Of a DNA stretch of 64,000 nucleotides, positions 50,280 through 61,989 are shown piece by piece (position 1 is the first letter of the stretch; the number at the start of each line of letters is the position of its first letter). Made by a program: the position numbers and the translations under genes. The stretch spans positions 61,032,233 through 61,096,232 of the forward strand of contig NC_057718.1 of NCBI RefSeq assembly GCF_004010195.1, written 5' to 3'. The stretch is from Chiloscyllium plagiosum. Taxonomy: Eukaryota. Below the pieces are notes generated by a model, which saw only the letters and a program-made list of their open reading frames with translations, did not search any database and was not told the origin of the DNA.

Positions 50280-51935
50280 TAGGTGGTAAGGAAAAGCCCA
50301 GAGAACTATAGACCAGTGAGCCTGACATCAGTGGTGGGTAGGTTGTTGGATGGAATCCTGAGGGACAGAACTTACATGCATTTGGATAGGCAAGAACTGA
50401 TTAGGGATAGTCAACATGGCTTTGTACATGGGAAATCATGAGTCACGATTGAGTTTTTTGAAGAGGTCACGAGAAGGATTGATGAAGGCAGAGCGTTAGA
50501 CATGATCTACATGGACTGCAGTAGGGCCTTCGACAAGGTTCCTCATGGTAGACTGGTTAGCAAGGTTAGGTGTCATGGAATACAGGGAGAACTAGCCATT
50601 TGGATACAGAACTGGCTTGAAGGTAAAAGGCAGAGAGTGGTAGTGGAGGATTGCTTTTCAGATTGGAGGCCTGTGATCAGTGGTGTGCCTCAAGGATCGG
50701 TGCTGGGTCCACTGCTTTTCATCATTTATATCAACGATTTGGATATGAACATAGGAGGTATAGTTAGTAAGTTTGCAGATGACATCAAAATTGGAGGTGA
50801 AGTGGACAGCAAAGGTCACCTCAGAGTACAATGGGATCTTGATCAGATGAGCCAAATGGGATGAGGAGTGGCAGATGGAGTTTAATTTAAATAAATGCAA
50901 GGTGTTGTATTTTAGAAAGGCAAATGAGAGCAGGACTTATACAGTTAATGGTAAGGTCCTGGGGAGTTTTGCTGAACAAAGAGACTTTGGAATATAAGTT
51001 GATAGTTCCTTGAAAGTGGAGTCACGGGTAGATAGGATAGTGAAGAAGGTGTTTGGTATGCTTTCCATTATTGGACAAAGCTTTCAGTAAAGGAGTTGGG
51101 AGGTCATGCTGTGGCTGTAAAGAACATTGTTTAGGCCACTGTTGGAATATTGCATGAAATTCTGGTCTCCTTCCTATTAGAAGAATGTTGTGAAACTTGA
51201 AAGGGTTCAGAAAAGATTTACAAGGATGTTGCCAGGGTTGGAGGATTTGAGCTACAGGGAGAGGCTGACAGGCTGGGGCAGTTTTCCATGGAGGGTCGGA
51301 GGCTGAGGGGTGACCTTTTGGAGGTTTACAAAATTATGAGGGGCATGAATAGGATAAATAGACAAAGTCTTTTCCCTGGGGTGGAGAAATCCAGAACTAG
51401 TGGGCATAGGTTTAGGGTGAGAGCGGAAAATATAAAAGGGACCTAAGGGGCAATGTTTTCACGCGGAGGGTGACACGTGTATGGAATGAACTGCAAGAGG
51501 AAGTGGTGGAGGCTGGTACAATTGCAACATTTAAAAGGCATCTGGATGGGGACATGAATAGGAAGGGTTTAGAGGGATATGGGCCAAGTGCTGGCAAATA
51601 GGACTTGATTAGATTAGGATGTCTACTCAGCATTGGCAAGTTGGACCGAAGGAACTGTTTCCGTGCTGTACATCTCTATGACTCTAGAGGGCATAGGTTT
51701 AAGGTGAGAGGGGAAAGATTTACAAAGGACTTGAGGGCAATCTTTTCATGCAGAGGGTGGTCTGTGTATGGAATGAGCAGCCAGAGGAAGTGCTAGAGGC
51801 TGGTACAATTATAACATTTAAAAGATATCTGGATGGGTATATGAATAGGAAGAGTTTAGAAAGATATGGGTCAAATACTAGCAAATAGGACTAGATAAGA
51901 TTGGGTTGTCTGATCAAGGGTGTATTTCCATGTTA
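50280..51935 (+). mobile_element. CR1 (HER1-type) LINE 1.4 kb plus a second tandem 3' end (about 51683-51935)
   Basis: [34 protein letters not shown]; tail followed directly by a repeat of ctagagggcataggttta... Confidence 0.96.
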
Positions 51936-52944
51936 TATTACTATATGTCTGTTCATAAAGAATAAGGTGAAGAAAAATGTTTACAATGGTTCTTCGTTCA
52001 AGTATAGTGCACACATGAGTCAATATTCCAGGAATATGAAGCAATGCCAACACTGAAGTGCCTTGGGAAGTACCTGTAGTGTGAAGTAATTGGAAATCAT
52101 CTGAAAATTGGACTGGTAATGCTGAAGTGTATGACTTTAAGAGAAAAAACATTAAATTGAGAAAGCTACAGTAAATGGGTGCTATTCGCAACAATTTGAT
52201 TAATTTCTGCATCAAACTACAGTAAATGGATAAAACACTACCCTTTCAGGAAGGGCACAAGTTTGAAACCAGTTAAGGAAGCAGTATGCTAATCCCTGAA
52301 TTGTTGATAAACAATTAAGAGTCACAGGTTTGGTAAGCCATAAATCAGGACCTTCAAAGCATTGGCCATGAGAAAGAATTTGATATTGGCTTTCCATCAA
52401 TTCACATTTTGATCTCAGGATAGATAAAATAAGTGGAAGATTTTTTTACAATGCTGTGCTTAATGGGCATTTTCAACAAAGTGGGCAGACAGGAGGAACA
52501 TAATTGCTGTCTGTCACATCTGACTTACCATGTTGATCTGAGTTGCATTTAGCATGGTGAAAACAGCTTATTTTCCCCATATTGTCAATCCTCACCTTAA
52601 TGAATATTTATCTGCATGCTTAAAATGATTAATCTCACACAAAAGGGACTGGAAGAAAGTTGACATTTAATGACAAGAACATCTTCTTTATTGAGAAGTG
52701 TAGAAATATGGCCAAGGCCAGAAGTGCAGGACAATTCTGCAGACTGCGAAATGAAAAAGAGAAATGGAAAAGTAACAGAGTAGTGATACCAATTTGCAAT
52801 TTTAAAGGCACAATAAATGGACTAATACTTCAATTGAAATAGCAGATAGGGTAACATAATTTGAAAGCAGTAGGTGCTTGTCATTATTACTACTGACAGA
52901 AGTGTCTATGCTTGTATACTAGACCAGGGTGGTGGAGGCAGTGG

Positions 52945-53078
52945 GTAAAAATCATGACTGCAGATGCTGGAAACCAGATTCTGGATTAGTGGTGCTGGAA
53001 GAGCACAGCAGTTCAGGCAGCATCCGAGGAGCAGTAAAATCGACGTTTCGGGCAAAAGCCCTTCATCTGGAATACAGC
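52945..53078 (-). mobile_element. Short PLE-derived element, hammerhead with one core mutation (CAGATGA)
   Basis: TSD gtggaggcagtgg at 52932-52944 and 53079-53091. Confidence 0.85.
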
Positions 53079-53519
53079 GTGGAGGCAGTGGTAAAGTGTT
53101 ATTGTCACTGCTCTGTTGATCCAGAGACCCAGGCTACTGTACTAGGGAGAGGAGTATGGTCCACCATGGTAAATGGTGAAATTTGAATTCTTCTAATACA
53201 TTTCTAATTAAAAATAGAAGTCTAATGTTAACATTGGAAACATTTTCAATTGTCTTTAAAAAAAACCCATTTGGTTAACTAATATAATTTAGGAAAAGAT
53301 AATTTGACATTTTCACCTCAGACAGGAAATCTCCAGCTGATTATTTCCCATCTTCACTGATGAATTAGTTCTTCTCCACATTAAACACAATTTTGAGGTT
53401 TTACTGAGGGCAGAGAAGCAGCCTGTGTGAGACATCAATGCCTATCACCAAGAATGGCTCAGGACCGCCACAAACGAGTGACTTGGCCTAGTCCTAAAGA
53501 ACATTTCTGATAAACTACG

Positions 53520-53640
53520 GAAGGCCTTCTGCCCGAAATGTCGATTTTCCTACTCCTCGGATGCTGCCTGAACTGCTGTGCTTTTCCAGCACCACTTTCA
53601 TCTGAACTCTGGTTTCCAGCATTTGCAGTCATGGTTTTTA
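53520..53640 (+). mobile_element. Short PLE-derived element, decayed hammerhead
   Basis: gaaggccttctgcccgaaatgtcgatttt...; flanked by actacg repeats. Confidence 0.8.
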
Positions 53641-54837
53641 CTACGCAGATGGTAAGGGAACAGAAGGGGAAAACTTACCTGACCACCTTTTCACCTATCT
53701 ATCCATTGCAGATGTAACTGTGACAATTTTGAGAGACATGCTCAACAGTCCTTGTGGAGTTTGTAAGACAACACATATATTTTGAAGATTGAACACAGAA
53801 AAATGGAAGTTTCATTCCTGCAGAAAATGTACCAAATGTCTTTTTTATGCAACTCAAAAGGTCAAAAGTAGAACTGTGTAGTGTTCACATATTGGTGATA
53901 TAAGATCATATAACTCAGAGAAGCTGAATTTGATGCACTTGTGAAACAAATTGGCAACAGGGTTCTTTGGGTTGCTTGGCAACAGCTTTTGGACTATGAA
54001 GTGACAGTTTGCCACAGACCTGAGAAGGCAGTTGTACTCACACCTCCAGAAAATCTGCAAGCCAAAATAAGTCTCTTTTCTTATCATCTGCAAATAGAAA
54101 CAAACCTCAAAGGATCTGAAATGAAGAACTCCTCAGTCAAACAAAGACCTAGGTCCAATTGACCAGTTATTCATTTGAGAATTGACTCTCGCTCCAGGGC
54201 CAACAACATGATATCATTGCCAAAAATGAAAATATCTGTATGAAAGTTATTTTATCCCACCTTGTGGTTTGAACTCTTCATCCACAGAATTTGATGCTTT
54301 CTGGCTTTAATTTTTCATCCATGATATTTATGCACAGCTGTCTGGCTTGGCTGTCTTCTTTGTAAACAAATGTGCATACGTTTGGGTTTAAAGAGTATGA
54401 TTTAAATTGGCACAGTAGTAATAGTTGATGATCGGTTTTGTCATTTATAAAAGGAAATATTTTTTTATAAGAAATAAAACATTATGTTCATTGATGAGAC
54501 TTAGCATGAGGTGTATTTATCATAGATAGCAATAAAAGTCAAGCAAAATCAACATTTTAATAACTCAATTGTTGATACATTTGTGGTGAACTCATGGTGA
54601 AGTGAAACTTGATTATCATTGCATTTCTGCCATCAGGGCCATGACAAGACTAAGTCCCAACTCACATTAAAAAAGACCCTCCACTCTACTGTATGGCACT
54701 ATTAGTATACCTAGTAGGATAAATTTAAAGCAGAATTACCTGCACCACTGGCTAAGCAGCTGCAGTACGGTTACTACATGCACAACTATCCGGCCATGTA
54801 GAAACATTCCCAGGTTGCATCCTGTTCACACAAGCAA

Positions 54838-55511
54838 GATTTGAGAAGATTTGTAGCTCAGGCTGAGGTTCTGGATGTAGATTTGATCGCTGAACTAGAA
54901 GGTTCATTTTCAGACATTTCGTCACTATACTAGGTAACATTTTCAGTGAGCCTCTGGACGAAGCACTGCTGATGATTCCTGTTTTCTATTTATATGTTTG
55001 GGTTTTTTTGGGTTAGTGATGTCATTTCCTATGGTGATGTCATTTCCTGTTATTTTCCTCAGGGGTGGTAAATTGGGTCCAAGTCAATGTGTTTGTTGAT
55101 CAAACATTTTTTTTATGTGTCAATTAGCCACAAAACGGCATGACCCTCTCTTACTAGTATCCTTACATACAGATGAGGAATTCACCACTTCGACTAACAC
55201 AACACATCCATCCTAGAACAAGCCACACAAAGACATGCACAAGAATTCGTAGAAGCATGGCATTCCAACCAAAACTCTATCAACAAACACATCGACTTAG
55301 ACCCAAATGACCACCCCTTGAGGAAAATAGCAGGAAATGACATCATCAAAGGAAATGACATCACCACAGGAAATGACATCACCAACACAAAGAAACTCAA
55401 ACATATAAATAGAAAGCAGAAATTATCAGCAGTGCTTCATCCGGAGGCTCAGTGAAGATGTTACCTTGTATGGTGACAATTAACCTTCCAGCTCAGCGAG
55501 CAAACTTACAC
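54838..55511 (+). mobile_element. 5'-truncated Penelope element: inverted upstream pLTR, GIY-YIG C-terminus, downstream pLTR
   Basis: QLATKRHDPLLLVSLHTDEE...SILEQATQRHAQEFVEAWHSNQNSINKHIDLDP; 54870-55100 is the inverted repeat of 55278-55510; imperfect TSD cctgttcaca..agcaaga at 54821-54839 and 55512-55531. Confidence 0.9.
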
Positions 55512-56099
55512 CCTGTTCACAGAAAGCAAGACAATTCCAACTTGGTTTCTTACCACTGCAAACAGTCTACTGTGAATCATCAGCAAAATGATGGACGGTT
55601 TTGTCAAGCAGCACTAACCCAACAAATACGTGCTCACTTATGCTAAATCTGGGCTCCACTTGCCCACTCAACTCATGACCTCATTACAGCCTTGTTCCAA
55701 ACAAGAACAAATGAGCTAAGGTCAAGGTGGGTAAGTGAAGTGGACTGCCCTTGACATTCAAGGGTATCAAGGAGCCCTAGCAAAACTAGAGTGAATGGGA
55801 ATTGGGAAAATGTCTCCACTTGTGGGAATCAGCCTATCCAGTACAGATAGCAAAATTCACAAATGTGACAGAAGAAATATATGACTAGTGATAAACTCTG
55901 AATTTAGATGATCTGCCATTGGTAGCTTTGTGCCAAGATCGGTCAGAAATTAGAAAATTAACCCTCTCTCTATGTTCCACCTCCCTTGCACAGTCACTGC
56001 TGGTTAACTCTCTGGCTTTCTGCTCAGTGGGAGGCAAACATTAGGGATGTTGATCAAGGACTGACAAAGATGTCATCATGACCCAGTGTCAAGTGTATG

Positions 56100-57530
56100 C
56101 ATTGCTCCCAGTGTTTCCAGATAGTGCAGTAGGTCTTCAGCGCAGACCTCCATTCTTAACTGGAGCCTCAACTGGAGCTATGATGTGCTGTTGGATGATC
56201 TGAAGGTGCATTTAGCGCCTACACAGACTGACTCACAAATATAGGAGCATAAACATCAGGAACATTCATTGCAGAAATTGAGTGACAAACTTTTTTGCCT
56301 GTATCAAAAAGTACCCTCAATAGCCTTCCTTATTACTGTCCCTCCCAGTACACCTTAGAGTACTCTTTGTTCCACCACTGGGGTGGAGATAGCCTGCTGG
56401 ACAGTGGTAAGGTTACACATGACCACATATGCCAAGGGTCTTCTTACTAGATGGAAGTTGACCTTCCATGGCCTGAATTTTAAGGATCAGAAGGAAATTG
56501 GAGGTGGAGGGCCCAGCCACCTCTGCAGTGCCCTGTGTTCAAAGTGTGGGGGGTTGGGTGCCTCCTGTCATTGTCCTGTTTCTTTGTGAGGAACAAGCAC
56601 CTGGGTTAGGGTCAATACTCCCAGACACCCTCCCACCATCATATGTTGGCACAGGGGACTGACATGTGGGACACCGGAGAACAGGAGTGTCCACATCTCA
56701 ACTGGACTGGTGCCAGATGAAGGTGGCAGCATTGCTGATGCTTCCTCTGAGGGTTCTGTCCTCTATTCGTCAGAGGTCAAAGCTGGCAATTCTTCGGCAG
56801 CCAGGTATTTCTCTGCAGAGGCTGTAGGTGAGCTAACGGAACTGCAAGAGGAGAGAGAGAGCGAGACAGCGAGTGAGAACGCGAGCGAGTGAGCAAGCAA
56901 GAGAGAGAGAGCAAGAGAAAGAGAGACAGAGAGATGGTGTCATGGCAGCGGTTAGATGTGGCATGTAATGATTGAGACATTAGTGCATTAATGAGAGAGT
57001 TACTGTAGAATGAAGAGTGGTACTCAATTGGTGGGACATGGATGCTTCTAATTCCCTAGAGGAGTGGTCCCACTCTTCTCCTGCGAGAGCCACCATTCTC
57101 TCCTTGTGCGGGTGAGGAAATGGATGACAGACACCTCTCTACCCACAGGGCCTCTCTTTTTGCCCCGTTATAGTCTGTTATCTCCTTTCATGAGCAAAAG
57201 GAGGCCAGTGAGTAAGTTGCAGTGGGTGGCGTGGCAGTTGCTGCTAGGGATTGAGGAGGAAGTTGAAGTTGTAACAAAAGATTAAGGAGTCAGCACAGAG
57301 TACTTGCAGGGTTAGCGTTGTGAGAAGTTGTGAGGGGGAGGGGTTAGGGAATGAAAGTAAATGGGGGAAAGTGTTGCGTGCAACAGTGAAAGTGACAGAA
57401 CATTAGCATTAATGGGAGTAGGTGTAGTAGCAGAGATAAACTGAACATGACCTGTGACAGAAGTGTGTTGCATTTACTTTGGCAGGGTGGATATGACCTT
57501 CTTTCGTCAATGCTGCCTCTAGTCTTATTC
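56100..57530 (-). mobile_element. Decayed, intron-containing Harbinger Myb/SANT-like gene relic
   Basis: QH*RKKV remnant near 57480-57520; exon-like EITDYNGAKR..VGREVSVIHFLT..KERMVALAGEEWD at about 57050-57185; GA-rich tract 56845-56935. Confidence 0.45.
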
Positions 57531-60500
57531 TTTTTAGGTGTAGTTATCAGAAACAGTCCAGAACAGATGTCCTGGAAGTGAAGCCTTGATAAAGTGTCCC
57601 AGAAGTCTCACAATGGGTCTCAGAGATTCTCTTCATAATCCCAGTAGCAATGACAAATGGCATAGTGAATAATTCTTTAAGTACCGATTGAACTCAATGT
57701 CAAGCCTGTATTTACTCCCAATCAGGGTTGATAGGCTATTTCAAGCAAAAAGAAATTGTTGACAGAACTCAGCAGGTCTGGCAGCACCTGTGGGAGAAAG
57801 CAGTTGATGTTTTGAGTCCAGTGACTCTTCATCACAAGCGGTTAACTGGAGTGTGAGCAACCAAAATGCTGTACCTCCTCTTTTCTACATGCTAGCAGGC
57901 ATTATCAACAACAGATAGTTGGGAGGTTTCTCATAGTTTCGACTTCAGCTTCATTACCAAGTTGGTACCTTATCTAAAGCAGCATTTCAGCTTTGGAACC
58001 CATCCAGATCACACTGTGCATCCGAAAATATTCTACTAAATTCAACTTCTCTCTATCTTTTGACCCTCGTGCTGCAATGATGCATTTAGATTTTCCTTAA
58101 AGGTACTGCAGAGAATTTGTCCAGCTATTTTTTGGGCATCACTTGGCTCAAGACTTTCAAGACTTTAAATGTGGTTCTCATGAACTCCACCAATAATTTA
58201 GGGCAGGAAGACTAAGGGCTGAATGTGATGAGTTGGTTTTGACATTATGCAAGAGTGTAAAATGAGTGATAATGAATCAGCAACCCATACTAGATTTCTG
58301 CCTGCTCTAACTGGGGAGTATATAAATTACCAATTCACAATCGCCCATTTTACAAAATCTAAATTACCTCCTTTAAATGAGAAGCACGCAAAACTACAAA
58401 GTTGATTAGGCTGTTACTCTTCACATTGAAAAGACTGACTTTGACTTTTCTGGACTCAAAGAGGTCTAATGAATGTACCTCTTCCAAACTGAGCTGAACA
58501 TAAGCATTGAATGAGCAGCAAATGTCCAGTATTCCACATAGAGTCTAAATTCTGCGCAGACCAAAGGCTGGCAATAAAATAACATACTTGAAGAGAACTG
58601 AATCAATTAAATGGCATGACACACTAAAATCTTCATTAAGTGCCTTTTTTTATCAAACACACACAAAAAAAATCATTAATGACATTTTTTTTGTTAATTT
58701 ATTCAATGCCTGTAGTGTCATGTGCCTGATATTAATCCTTGGGCACCGTCAACAGATATAAGAGTACGACCCATTGAATAACCTATAATTACATTTGAAT
58801 GTCTCATGCTTAATGTTAATCATTTTCCGACTAAGGCTTGAAGTCTTCTCAACTGAATAGCTACATTGAACAAGTGTGCTTTCTGTCACTGTACTCCTGA
58901 CAACATGCATATATTTATACTGTTAATGCACAGCAGCACCTGCTTCCTTTACTCTCTGACTCAAATGAAATTAAAGACCTGAATCTCTTCTGCTGTGGTA
59001 CAATGATTGCTGTGATTATTAATGCAAAAAATGCTGCTATTAGGTCCCAAATGAGAATAATAAAGCACACAGATAATTCACCATAAAACATTTGATGAGA
59101 TTAAATAGTAGATGGGGTTGATCCTTTTACCTCACTTGGCAATAAAGAAATAGATTTATGTTGGATAATTTTTTGAAGCCTCCTTTTACAATGCCTGTAA
59201 ATTGTTAAGTGAAATTACTGATTAATTAACTGTTAAATTCTACATTAAATTCAGAGTCAGATATATTGGTTTGAGTTTGTTTAGGAATAGAATGGATTAT
59301 ATTTAAATTTAGACCACAGACTCTGGCGACCTCAACAGCCTTTATTTCAGCGAATGTGAAATATAATTATTAAAAATTAATCATTCTAAATATGATGGAA
59401 TCTAATTGGAGAAATGAATTGCAACAGTTTTTTGATATTGTCCACAAAATAGATATTTTAACAAGAAGGTACTAGTTTTGATAATTTAGGGCTTTGTGTA
59501 CAGATTTTATTCTTGAAAATAGCTATTTATTTGAATATATGTTTTAAAATCCAAATCTAAACCTCAATTATTGGTTGAACTAATGCACAGAAAGATGGGA
59601 GTAGGAGCAGGCCATTTGATCCATCAGGCCTGGCCTGCCATTCAGCTCTGGACATTGAGCTTAACACTCTAATCCTGCCCTCCCCTCATATCCTTTGATC
59701 CATTTAGCCATAAGGGCTATATTTGCCTTCTTCTTTAAAATGGATAATATTTTGTCTCAACCACTTTGGCTCAAAAAAGACTCCCAAGATCAAACAGAAA
59801 CAGAACTCTTGAATATTACCTTTTGTTGGTTAAGTTCAAGTTGTGTCAAGTTTTTGTTTGGATCGATTTTGTCTCAAGGCCTAGTGAGCTTCTTCATCAT
59901 ATCTGACCAAACCCACCTCATCAGCTACTTATTCCATTAATATGGCTTATGTCACATCCCATTCCAGGCCAGTCTCACCATACACTGGTCCCAGAACCAC
60001 TCACTACTCAGCTGCTATCTGGAATACACGAGCATCACCTCTTCCCTTAGCATCCCGACAAGGGATATCAGTCCTGCGTGGGTCCAGACATTTATCCCAG
60101 GCTTAGCAAAAGAGAGAATTGGGCATCTCATTATGCAGGCAAGGACCTAGAATGCTACATCTCCCTAGACTAACTGGTAGAAGCCAGGGCACCAAATCGG
60201 GCCAATCTTGTTAAAGGTTGCTACTTTGGTTAGTGCAGCCTAAGTCACCTGGGCAATGCAAAGCAATGTCAGAAACGGGTACCTTAGCCATTCTTTCAGC
60301 ATAAGTGGCAGCATCTTCTTTCCAGTACCTCAAACTCATTCTCTCTACTACTATACACCCCCCCAACTAAATCACACAGTCTACTCTCACCGATGCCTGC
60401 AACATCTCCCCTCACACTCTTACCAACCTCAATTCCTGAAATCAGTAACCCCACATGCCCTCTGCGCTACCCATTCACTCACTGCAGAAACCTCACCGAC

Positions 60501-60879
60501 ACCAAATTTAACAGTTGAGCCACCTACTTTCATTTGTCTCAATATCTGCTTGTGTTTCATTTCTAGTGGAAAACAAAAGGGCAGTAAAAGTCAAGATAGG
60601 TGTTGAATTGACCAACAATTGGCTCCTCACCCGTTAAGTGGAAATAATCCTGACTGACCTCTTAAGTAACGATCATTTCCAAGCTCTTGGACTGCTAATA
60701 GAAGTTGCCCTTGACTTACTGTTCCAGAACCCCCAAATGAAGGCTATTCCCCTTTGACATTACTGACACCTGCTGACAATTATGACAAGCTTCCTTCTTT
60801 TGTATGTGCTGTAGGTGAGAAGGGAAGATAAAAACAATGAGAGCCCTCCAGAGCCTGCTGCCTGGGTTAGTTTATTACC

Positions 60880-61275
60880 AGCCTGACCAGGCCCAGGAAC
60901 AGACCCACGAGGAGGTCCTCTTATCTGCTCACAGCCTTCCACACTGGATGCCCAAAGGTTAGGAGTGGAGGGCTGAAACGCAACCAAAGCACAACAAAAG
61001 ATTTGCAAACAACTAAAAAAGAAGTGCAAATGCCCATATCCAATCTATACATGGTCCATGGACTCCTTAGCACCACAAAATAAACAATTGGTCTGGGAGT
61101 CTATGAACCGCCGCAGTCTGCAGTTATAAGGGATTGTTGCATGCAACACCCTCCACCTGAGGTCCCGGATGGAAAGAGGGAGGACTTCGGCATAGAGTGC
61201 CCTCCACTGGGGAACCCAACACCCAGCGGCAAATAAGCTCTCCAAGGCCTGTTCTTGCCGTGGACCTAACAATCA
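60880..61275 (-). mobile_element. Tx1-type (L1 superfamily) LINE ORF2 C-terminal zinc-finger relic
   Basis: PQWRALYAEVLPLSIRDLRWRVLHATIPYNCRLRRF...CLFCGAKESMDHV (zf-RVT-like). Confidence 0.85.
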
Positions 61276-61989
61276 AGATAGATGGTATGAAGCAGCAACC
61301 TGTACAAAAAATGTCTCTTCACAAGGCAGAAAGACAAACTGCACATACCTAAGAGATGGTTTGGGTTGTGGGATATGGGATCCTGAGAGACATTCAGGAT
61401 CCTGGGATCGATGTTTAATTCCATTTGAGCAGGGATGCACGCAGATAAGATCCAACCCTACACTTGAGCATCCTGCAATCTTTGCACAACATCTGGATTG
61501 AGCACTGCCGTTTTCAGACAATAGACGCTGCAAGCTGGATGTCCACCGCCACAGCCCAAAGACTTTATCAAAACATGTAAAACATAGAATACTTGCCCTG
61601 GAAATGCACCTTCAAGAACTGAATAGCCCCATTTCGTTCTCCCCAAATAGCCTAATAAGAAAGTGCAGCAAATGCTTCTGTACTGAATTCTACAAGTTAA
61701 AGGGTTTCAGACCTGATTTCTTTTCATTGTTAATCTCAGGGAGGATAGAACAAGAGTGCTACAATTACATATGAGGGAATGCGGGATGGGGGTGGGGAGA
61801 AACAATCAGTGATACTCTGGATCCTTATTTTCTAACTGGTGGAATATGAACAGTAGTGACAGACAAGACCACAATGCTCCAGTATGATCAATAAATCTGA
61901 TGACTTTTGCATTTCAAAAATGAAGAATTCTCAAGTATATTGGATAAGGAATCTACTAACACCCAGGTAACCATAAAAAGTAAAACTTG

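Noticed and set aside
55330..55385. Spaced direct repeats ggaaatgacatca resembling a CRISPR-like array
   Set aside because: Three short tandem units within a Penelope pLTR in eukaryotic DNA; no unique spacers or cas genes.
58613..58726. Short inverted repeat catgacac/gtgtcatg as a possible miRNA hairpin
   Set aside because: Only about 8 bp pair across ~100 nt; no extended stem.
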